From a virus (taxonomy: Duplodnaviria > Caudoviricetes), in IMG/VR virus record IMGVR_UViG_3300025652_000068, positions 1 through 61,159 of that record: a stretch of 61,159 bases of DNA; one strand, written 5' to 3'. Below, in pieces: positions 53,937 to 61,159 of the stretch. The notes beneath the pieces are model-generated. The model saw nothing but the letters and a program-made list of their open reading frames with translations, was not told the origin of the DNA and did not search any database. Made by a program: the position numbers and the translations under genes. Numbering within the stretch: the first letter of the stretch is position 1; each line of letters opens with the position of its first letter.

Positions 53937-54708
53937 CTGATTTAGGTACCATTACATATTCTTTTATATTTTCTTTATTAACTTCTTGCGCCACACGATT
54001 ACCATTATTATCAAACTTTGGTACGACAATTTCAGTATCCGCTAAATTAGATAATTCATCAGCAAAGTCAGCAGTATATTCAGTATACAAACTATCACCA
54101 ACGCCATACACCATAACTCTGTCTAAATGTGCGAATAACTCAACCGATTGTAATTCACCTGCTGCATTGAATTGGAACTTGTAAGAATCATCGGCATGTA
54201 GTTTTTTACTTTCTGATATAGGCATCACAATATCTGATTTTAAAGATTTAGCCCATGCAAATATATCTGCATTTGTACCTTGTGCATAGATAGCTTGAGT
54301 TTTTTGTAAATTAAAATCAGCATCACACATATCAGAGATTCGATATACCGACACACCAGAACCCAAAGATACTACAGGTATTGCTTGATCTGGTTTGTAA
54401 AATATTTCTATAGTCTTAGTTTTAGTATCCAAATTATAAATATATCTCATAAAGTCTTTATCAATTAAAAGACTATTTTGCATCTTACTACTATCTTTGT
54501 AATCTTGTTCTACTGAGCATTGATGGAATGTAATAACATTAGCGTTCATATCGACACCCCAAATATTTACAGGATAAGGAAAAGTTTCAGAAGTAAACAC
54601 ATCGGTAACTTCTTTTTTAATCGCTACAGTTTCTGAATCTTCACTACCAGCCCAATAGACTCTATTGGTAACTGCTTTATTGTTGATAAATGCTCTAAAT
54701 AAAATCAT
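53893..54708 (-). CDS. Hypothetical protein (variable tail-adjacent gene)
   Basis: 271-aa ORF coupled to the Gly-rich gene. Confidence 0.6.
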   Translation of the reverse strand: MILFRAFINNKAVTNRVYWAGSEDSETVAIKKEVTDVFTSETFPYPVNIWGVDMNANVITFHQCSVEQDYKDSSKMQNSLLIDKDFMRYIYNLDTKTKTIEIFYKPDQAIPVVSLGSGVSVYRISDMCDADFNLQKTQAIYAQGTNADIFAWAKSLKSDIVMPISESKKLHADDSYKFQFNAAGELQSVELFAHLDRVMVYGVGDSLYTEYTADFADELSNLADTEIVVPKFDNNGNRVAQEVNKENIKEYVMVPKSDGSGGYDKVLAKDL

Positions 54709-55622
54709 TATGAGGTTGCTCCATTTCTTGTACCTGTAGCTGTAAATGTTACAGTATTTCCGTTTAAGTTTACAGCCTTACCAGCTGCCCCACCTGCTCC
54801 ACCAGAATTTTCACCTTGAGATCCAGCTGCTCCTACACCTCCACCGTCTCCTCCAGCACTACCATTAGATGCAGCTGCTCCACCAGATCCTGCCGCACTT
54901 ACAGAACCTGCCGAGCCTGCATTACCTGAAACATTGTTACCACCTTGACTCACAATACTTCCAGCTGCTCCACCAGCACCTCCACCAAAGCCACCTCCGC
55001 CACCACTTCCAGAAGCTGTATCATTTCTTGTGCCACCTTTAACTGCTACGGCTGTTATAACACCTTTACCACCGCCGCCACCGCCGCCACCGCCAGAAAT
55101 AGTTCCGCCAGTATTATCAATAGTAGTGTCAAATTGCATATTAATAGCGTGTCCTGCTGCACCACCTGCGACTCCTGCACCATTGTTTGAAGCACCACCA
55201 GCACCACCGTCGCCACCATCACCGATAATGGTTGAATTATTATCAATTGTAATCACATCACCACTAGTCCATCCTGTGCCTGTATCTAGGGCTGCTGTGC
55301 CAGTTGAGGTTGAAGAAATAGTTGCATTATTGACTAAGGTTACATCACTTAGGCCTGCAACATAGGTGCCGCCTCTGTTATTGTAAATATTGTAATTAGA
55401 AGTATCACCTGAAATGGTTAAAGTAATTGCAACACGATTAGAAGTGCCGTAAAAACTTGACATGGTAATTGCACCTGATGAGGCAATGCCAGAAGTGCTT
55501 GAAGCTGTCGGCACTAAACTACCACCACGATAATATTCAGATAAAGAATGTGGGGTGCTACCACCAAATTCTGCCGCTATTTCGGATATTGCTAAACTAG
55601 AACCGCTACTCTTTATGGTCAT
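54708..55622 (-). CDS. Glycine-rich tail fibre tip protein
   Basis: SLSEYY.G N-terminal motif and poly-Gly repeats. Confidence 0.7.
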   Translation of the reverse strand: MTIKSSGSSLAISEIAAEFGGSTPHSLSEYYRGGSLVPTASSTSGIASSGAITMSSFYGTSNRVAITLTISGDTSNYNIYNNRGGTYVAGLSDVTLVNNATISSTSTGTAALDTGTGWTSGDVITIDNNSTIIGDGGDGGAGGASNNGAGVAGGAAGHAINMQFDTTIDNTGGTISGGGGGGGGGKGVITAVAVKGGTRNDTASGSGGGGGFGGGAGGAAGSIVSQGGNNVSGNAGSAGSVSAAGSGGAAASNGSAGGDGGGVGAAGSQGENSGGAGGAAGKAVNLNGNTVTFTATGTRNGATS

Positions 55623-56841
55623 GTTTGAGTTCCTCTATTTCAGCTTTTAATTCTTTTATTGCTTCAATAAGAACACCAACAAGGTTGCCGTAAGCAACTG
55701 ACATATACTCGCCTTCATCATGTACTACTTCTGGCATTACTTTTTGCATTTCTTGAGCAATTACACCAGTTCCTCTTCTACCATCTCTATCAAAGGTAAC
55801 GCCACGCATATCAGTAACTTTATCTAAAGCATTATCAATAGTTTCTATATTGTCTTTTAGTCTTTCATCAGAAAAAGCTGTTACATCATTGTTAAAGGTT
55901 GCAGCACCTGCTGCTGACATATCAAGGGTTAATGCTGTAATAGTAGAACCACCGTCATTACCTTTAAAAATAATGTCTTTGTCACTGGTAGCTGACTGCA
56001 TTATAAAATCAGTTGAGCTATTAGTAAATCGACCTATTTCTGTGCCAGCATCTTTAAAAATAATATCTGCACCATCTGCATCTAAAATAATATCGCCAGC
56101 AGAATCTAAAAGCATATCAGAACCACTATGTAACGATTGATCTCTATTTTTAAATTGCCATCCTACGGTAGCATCTCCAGAATAAACTAAAGTAAATGCT
56201 GCTCTTTCATTTGCTACTACAAGGTCAGAAGCGGCACCATTTATATTAGAACTGTTACGACCTACAGTTAAATTATTAGTATCAAAAGTATTTTCTGAAT
56301 CTAAAAAAGTTACTTCATCACCTGCGGCAGGTGAGGCAGGTAAGGTGATTGTTCTAGCTCCACCAGAAGTATCAACTAATAGTTGTGCTCCCGCTTGTAC
56401 TGTTTCGGCTGCATTGACAACACGCCAATATCTAGTTTCTTGATCTTTAACAATGTCGGTGCCGTTTGAATGACAAACATAATGATTGCCTTCACATAAT
56501 AAAAAACCTGTTTGACTGGTTACTTTAAAAGTAAGGGTGTAACCTGCATGATCGGTACCATCGATAATGTTAAAAAACTTTTCAATACTTGCAGGCATAT
56601 TAACGGTTCGATTCGCTGCTAGGGTACCTGTAAATTTAATGCTCATGTTTCTTGCATTAGATACTGCTGCATTAGACATTACTAGAGTAACATCGCCAGA
56701 GGCAACGTTAACTTCTTCGTATCCAGCTATCGCTTGTTGAACAACGTTAAAATTATTATTGGTTTTATCACCCCATGTTCCAGGGTTTTCTCCAGTTACT
56801 TGTAGCTCGAATTTTAAATCACTTGAGTACGATGATGCCAT
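55606..56841 (-). CDS. Tail fibre with C-terminal intramolecular chaperone (peptidase S74) domain
   Basis: SDERLKDNI...G.IAQE...LIEAIKEL coiled coil. Confidence 0.85.
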   Translation of the reverse strand: MASSYSSDLKFELQVTGENPGTWGDKTNNNFNVVQQAIAGYEEVNVASGDVTLVMSNAAVSNARNMSIKFTGTLAANRTVNMPASIEKFFNIIDGTDHAGYTLTFKVTSQTGFLLCEGNHYVCHSNGTDIVKDQETRYWRVVNAAETVQAGAQLLVDTSGGARTITLPASPAAGDEVTFLDSENTFDTNNLTVGRNSSNINGAASDLVVANERAAFTLVYSGDATVGWQFKNRDQSLHSGSDMLLDSAGDIILDADGADIIFKDAGTEIGRFTNSSTDFIMQSATSDKDIIFKGNDGGSTITALTLDMSAAGAATFNNDVTAFSDERLKDNIETIDNALDKVTDMRGVTFDRDGRRGTGVIAQEMQKVMPEVVHDEGEYMSVAYGNLVGVLIEAIKELKAEIEELKHDHKE

Positions 56842-56880
56842 AATTACCTACTTTGTATGTTTATATTCATTATAAGGTCG

Positions 56881-57270
56881 TTATGCAACCTTTTCAACCT
56901 CATCCACAACAACCCATGTTTGACCTGTGCCTTTACTTACAGAAGTCCATGTTTGACTAGATCCTGTGCTCACCGCAGAATAACTTTGTCCTGTGCCTGT
57001 GCTGACAGTTGCCCAACCAATACCGTTGGCTAAACCAATACTACTGGTCAATCCAGCTGCGGTTGTAGCTACATTAGCATCAGCAACAGTAACAACGCTG
57101 TTGATAGAAAAAGCCATCGCAGATCCAGTAAGACTAACGTTTGCGTCTGCTACAGTAACTACATCGGTTTGATTTAAGGCTAAAGCAATACCAGAAACTT
57201 CTACTATAGTATTAGGTACACCTTGTGCTCCAAAACAATCTTCAGCAAATGTGGTTGCACCAAAATACAT
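56881..57270 (-). CDS. Tail-associated protein
   Basis: T/S/V-rich with repeated W..VS.G.GQ. Confidence 0.55.
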   Translation of the reverse strand: MYFGATTFAEDCFGAQGVPNTIVEVSGIALALNQTDVVTVADANVSLTGSAMAFSINSVVTVADANVATTAAGLTSSIGLANGIGWATVSTGTGQSYSAVSTGSSQTWTSVSKGTGQTWVVVDEVEKVA

Positions 57271-57280
57271 ATATTATCTC

Positions 57281-57469
57281 CTAATCCGCTTCCGCTATGG
57301 TGTTACCTGCTGCCACCCATTCTTGTATTGCTTGATAGTCTGTATTTGCTGTGTCTTTGGGTACAGATAAAATAGTATTATCTTGCGTAGTTATATTATA
57401 ACTTACAACTTCGTCTGTAATACTACATTTCATTTTCTGTACATTTTGAATATAACTGAAATCTATCAT
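57281..57469 (-). CDS. Small partner protein, paralog 3
   Basis: Ends NTDYQAIQEWVAAGNTIAEAD. Confidence 0.7.
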   Translation of the reverse strand: MIDFSYIQNVQKMKCSITDEVVSYNITTQDNTILSVPKDTANTDYQAIQEWVAAGNTIAEAD

Positions 57470-57478
57470 TTATAACTC

Positions 57479-58663
57479 CTATAATTCTGCTGTTGCAGAA
57501 AATCTACCTGTGTTTAAATACATCATACCTATACCACCAGGTATATTATTTAAAGTACCACCTGACCCTAAGTCTATTTGTACTGCGTGAGGTGTATTAT
57601 ATGATGTGCCTAAACTAGCACTTCCAGCAACAGCTCCATTCCATAAACCAACTGTTCCAGATATAGCATTTGTTGGTGCTGCTCTCATTTCTACAGGCAA
57701 CATAAATCCCCATCTAAATACTTCTGTTGTACTATTATTCCAACCTCTGCCAAACATATATCCTGACCTATCTCCTGTTGTAAAATGATACCTTTGGCAT
57801 CTTGCTAAGTTATCACCAAACGATTCGTTTTGAAATGGTGGTATGGTTGTTGAATCATACTCGCCTACTTCTAGTTGAACTCCTGTTAAATACCAGTCAT
57901 TACTTGTACTGTCTGCTAAGTTTACATTACCAACTACTCTATTCGCATTAACTGTTGTTACCCAAGATGTTGCTAAAGTACCACTTGTAAAATTACTTCC
58001 AGCAGCTAACCACCAATTTATTCTTAATGACTCACCATTATCATTGTCAAATGCTCCTGTAGTATCACCATCAAAAGTTAATACTTTTTTCTCCCACGTG
58101 TTGGCACTTGAGATAGTATATGCTTGACTTATAGTTCTGTTATTATCATTATCATCTAATTCCATAATGTATGTTCCAGTTTTAGCTGACTTTACCCAAA
58201 AAGATATAGTCATTTTTTCTGCATTAGCTGTACCTTTTTTAAATAGCTGTAAGTCTTGTCCCTCTAATTTTTGGACTACAATTAAAACAGCACCTGCTGA
58301 TGGACTTGCTCCTGCTGTTGTACAATCCATTTTTAAAGAATTTGCAAAACCACTTCCAGTTGGTGCGTCTGTTTCTTGTGATACAGTCCAAGTTCCTATA
58401 CCAAATGAATGACTCATTCTGTCCACAGTTAAATACCCACCACCTGAACTATGTCCTGAACTTGAAGTTCCTCTTTGAGCTACTGCCATATCACCATTAT
58501 AAATAATTGGTTTTACATTTGGTCTATTAGTTACATGGTCTAGATTAGATAGCGGTAAGTTACCTGATGCTGCTGGTATGGTTACTGTATTAGTTCCAGC
58601 AACTGCTGGTACGGTAATCGTTACATCACCTGAAGTGCTACCTTTTAATTTAATGCTACTCAT
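57479..58663 (-). CDS. Tail-associated putative adhesin, paralog 3
   Basis: NGDM.VAQRG...GVQLEVG...L.RCQRY core shared with two neighbours. Confidence 0.75.
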   Translation of the reverse strand: MSSIKLKGSTSGDVTITVPAVAGTNTVTIPAASGNLPLSNLDHVTNRPNVKPIIYNGDMAVAQRGTSSSGHSSGGGYLTVDRMSHSFGIGTWTVSQETDAPTGSGFANSLKMDCTTAGASPSAGAVLIVVQKLEGQDLQLFKKGTANAEKMTISFWVKSAKTGTYIMELDDNDNNRTISQAYTISSANTWEKKVLTFDGDTTGAFDNDNGESLRINWWLAAGSNFTSGTLATSWVTTVNANRVVGNVNLADSTSNDWYLTGVQLEVGEYDSTTIPPFQNESFGDNLARCQRYHFTTGDRSGYMFGRGWNNSTTEVFRWGFMLPVEMRAAPTNAISGTVGLWNGAVAGSASLGTSYNTPHAVQIDLGSGGTLNNIPGGIGMMYLNTGRFSATAEL

Positions 58664-58836
58664 TAGTCTGCCTCCGCTATGGTGTTACCTTCTGCTACCC
58701 AATCTTGAATTGCTTGGTAGTGTCTGTTCGCTGTATCTATTGGAACTGACCAAGTTTTTCCATCAATAACAACTTCAATAGATATGTTAGTGTCTGTTGC
58801 TATATCTTTATAATATTTTGCTGATGTAATTTCCAT
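58663..58836 (-). CDS. Small partner protein, paralog 2 (57 aa, not in ORF track)
   Basis: MEITSAKYYKDIATDTNISIEVVIDGKTWSVPIDTANRHYQAIQDWVAEGNTIAEAD; TAATG coupling at both ends. Confidence 0.8.
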   Translation of the reverse strand: MEITSAKYYKDIATDTNISIEVVIDGKTWSVPIDTANRHYQAIQDWVAEGNTIAEAD

Positions 58837-59942
58837 TATAACTCCGATTCAAATGCTATTTGAGCCGATGCACTTCCTGTTGCTATAACTCCACCATGAC
58901 CTTGTGTGCCTGACACATTTGTTGTAAAGTCTAATCCTGCACAAGTTGTACTTGCTCTTACTAATGCAAAGTCATCACAAGCATCAGCAGTATTGTTTGC
59001 AAGTATATTATAAAAATTACTTCCTACTTCTTTATCTACTGATGGTGCTGACCTCATGGTTACAGGGAAAGGTATATTCGTAGCAAATAAATTAGCATTG
59101 TAATATCCACCTGCTGCAAAGTTTTTACTGTTCTCATTGACTAACATAAAATAATACCTCTGACATCTTGCCAAGTTATCACCAAACGATTCATGTTGGA
59201 AGGGAGCTATGCTGTTAGCATCAAACTCGCCTACTTCTAACTGTATGCCTGTAATAGACCAGTCATTATCTGTACTGTCGGCTAGGTTTACATTGCCTAC
59301 TGCTCTGTTTGCATTAGTTGTTGATGCCCATGCAGTTTGTAAACTGCCTGATGAAAAATCACTACCACTACCTAGCCACCACAATAATCTTAACGAATCA
59401 CCATTGTCATTGTCAAAAGCACCTGTGGTATCTCCAGCAAATGATAATACTTTCTTTTCCCATGTGTTTGCACTTGAGATTGTATACGCTTGATTTATAT
59501 TTCTGGTATTATCATTATCATCTAGTTCCATAATGTATGTTCCAGTCTTGTTAGACTTAACCCAAAAAGATACAGTCATTTTTTCTGCATAACTTGTACC
59601 TTTTTTAAATAGTTGCACATCTTGTCCTTCTAATCTTGTATTAAAAATAGCATAATCACCTGCTGCTGGACTTGCATCTGCGGTAGTACAATCTAATCTG
59701 TACGAATTTGTTAAACCAGTATTGTCAGGTGCAGAAGCAGTTTGAGCTATTGTCCATGTACCTAATGTACCTATACTAAGTGACATTCTATCAACTGTAG
59801 TGTAGCCACCAGTAGTACTACCTGTAACACTTGTAGCCCTTTGAGCAACTTGCATATCACCATTAATGATAAGTGGTTTAGCACTTCTTCTATCTAAGAC
59901 TGCTGTGTTATCTGCTACTGTGCCATGTAATGTTAATGCCAT
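58836..59942 (-). CDS. Tail-associated putative adhesin, paralog 2
   Basis: Same core as neighbours, distinct N- and C-termini. Confidence 0.75.
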   Translation of the reverse strand: MALTLHGTVADNTAVLDRRSAKPLIINGDMQVAQRATSVTGSTTGGYTTVDRMSLSIGTLGTWTIAQTASAPDNTGLTNSYRLDCTTADASPAAGDYAIFNTRLEGQDVQLFKKGTSYAEKMTVSFWVKSNKTGTYIMELDDNDNTRNINQAYTISSANTWEKKVLSFAGDTTGAFDNDNGDSLRLLWWLGSGSDFSSGSLQTAWASTTNANRAVGNVNLADSTDNDWSITGIQLEVGEFDANSIAPFQHESFGDNLARCQRYYFMLVNENSKNFAAGGYYNANLFATNIPFPVTMRSAPSVDKEVGSNFYNILANNTADACDDFALVRASTTCAGLDFTTNVSGTQGHGGVIATGSASAQIAFESEL

Positions 59943-60133
59943 TAGTCTGCCTCCGCTATAGTGTTACCGTCTATTGCCGCCCACTCTTGGATTGCTTGAT
60001 AGTCTGTGTTGCCTTCTGCTATCGGAACAAAATACACATCATTATCATCATCAATAACTTTGTAAGTACTGATTTCTCCACATAAACTTACTTTTTTTAC
60101 TGTACTTATTATTTCTTTAGTTAATTGTTTCAT
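59942..60133 (-). CDS. Small partner protein, paralog 1
   Basis: Ends NTDYQAIQEWAAIDGNTIAEAD. Confidence 0.7.
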   Translation of the reverse strand: MKQLTKEIISTVKKVSLCGEISTYKVIDDDNDVYFVPIAEGNTDYQAIQEWAAIDGNTIAEAD

Positions 60134-60141
60134 AAAATATC

Positions 60142-61159
60142 CTATAACTCTGATGTTGCTGAAAATTGAAATTGTAATTGAGCACCATCATTTCCCATAG
60201 CGGCTGAATTTTCAAAATGAGCAGAATCTGTTGAAGCAAGACCAGCAGACATAGCTATTAATCCGCCTGTGTCGCCATTTCGACCGCTACCTGTTGTGCC
60301 ACCTGTTTGATTATGTATCACAATAGTTGGTGGTGCTCTAAAACTAACAGGGAATTGATGTCCTGTTGATGTTCTGCCTATTCCTGTACCTGTTGCACAC
60401 GTTACAATTATCCCTACTGCTGTCGCAGAGCCAATAGCTGTGCCTTGTGAAAATGTACTTTGACAATAACGCTTACATCTTTGTAAGTTATCACTATACG
60501 ATTCGTGTTGAAATGCTGGTATAGTGGTTGAATCATACTCGCCTACTTCCATTTGTAATCCTGTAAAATAAACATTGTTACTTGTACTACTTCCACTATT
60601 TACTTGCCCTACTGCTCTGTTTGCATTGGTTGAACTCGCCCAAGATGTATTTAATGTACCACCTGAAAAATCACTACCAGCACCTAACCATAAATTTATA
60701 GCAAAACTACTGCCATTATCATTATTTAAAGTACCTGATGTATCTCCAGCAAAACTTAATACTTTCCTTTCCCAAGTGTTAGAGCTACTGACTGTATAAG
60801 ATTGTGATATTTGCCTTGAGTTATCAGTATCAAATAATTCAGCAATATATGTTCCTGTTACTGTTGCTTTTATCCAAAAAGATATGGTTACTTTTTCAGC
60901 ATTAGATGTTCCTTTTTTAAGCAACTGTAAATCTTGTCCTTCAAAAAGATATCTTGCTAAATGAAAAGTTCCTGACGCAACAGAAGTATCTGCTGTTGTG
61001 CAATCTAATTTCCAAGAATTGGCAAAGCCTTGACCTGTTGGAACATCTGTATCTTGTGTGTGTGTCCAAGTACCATTATCACTTAAATCAACTTTCATTC
61101 TATCAATAGTATGATATCCACCACCTGTGATTCCTGTTGTGCTTGTACCTCTTTGAGCT
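60142..61159 (-). CDS. Tail-associated putative adhesin, paralog 1 (C-terminal part; starts at 363)
   Basis: Frame is open to the window end and joins 1..363 through the terminal overlap. Confidence 0.8.
   Translation of the reverse strand, partial: AQRGTSTTGITGGGYHTIDRMKVDLSDNGTWTHTQDTDVPTGQGFANSWKLDCTTADTSVASGTFHLARYLFEGQDLQLLKKGTSNAEKVTISFWIKATVTGTYIAELFDTDNSRQISQSYTVSSSNTWERKVLSFAGDTSGTLNNDNGSSFAINLWLGAGSDFSGGTLNTSWASSTNANRAVGQVNSGSSTSNNVYFTGLQMEVGEYDSTTIPAFQHESYSDNLQRCKRYCQSTFSQGTAIGSATAVGIIVTCATGTGIGRTSTGHQFPVSFRAPPTIVIHNQTGGTTGSGRNGDTGGLIAMSAGLASTDSAHFENSAAMGNDGAQLQFQFSATSEL
61012..61159. repeat. Terminal overlap, copy 2
   Basis: Matches 1-148 at 146 of 148 positions. Confidence 0.95.

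Noticed and set aside
57281-61159. Diversity-generating retroelement acting on the tail paralogs
   Set aside because: No reverse transcriptase ORF and no non-coding template repeat; differences between copies are not adenine-specific.
61012-61159. True biological direct terminal repeat
   Set aside because: It lies mid-gene in the tail module and its length fits an assembly overlap; real termini are more plausible near terS/terL.

Overview
The window appears to be an essentially complete, circularly assembled (~61.0 kb) AT-rich tailed dsDNA phage genome with podovirus-type morphogenesis genes. Bases 1-148 repeat at 61012-61159 with 2 mismatches, and one tail gene reads across the junction. 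Nearly all genes are on the minus strand. Modules: a replication module (SNF2 helicase, SSB-like protein, AEP-type primase, UvrD helicase, Leu762-type PolA, exonuclease, C5 methyltransferase), an early/packaging region between TerS and TerL, a head module (portal, GroES, scaffold, MCP, many small Lys-rich proteins), tail and fibre genes, ejection proteins, and glycosylation genes. Gene content and order resemble marine HTVC023P/vSAG 37-F6-like pelagiphages (my inference, not a database result). I saw no integrase, RNA polymerase, tRNA, reverse transcriptase or CRISPR array. Most notable observations: (1) a polarised array of bipartite sites (CTTTATATATAAAG palindrome plus CGGGACGG G-rich arm, one with a canonical G-quadruplex motif) lying between self-contained early gene cassettes from TerS to TerL; (2) a dual-frame C5 methyltransferase whose motif IX and four repeated putative specificity modules are in an overlapping +1 frame; (3) an H-type pseudoknot leader directly after the capsid terminator; (4) a shared [FYAMK]xxG[GK] motif and shared termini across many putative packaged proteins; (5) a triplicated tail protein/partner cassette.
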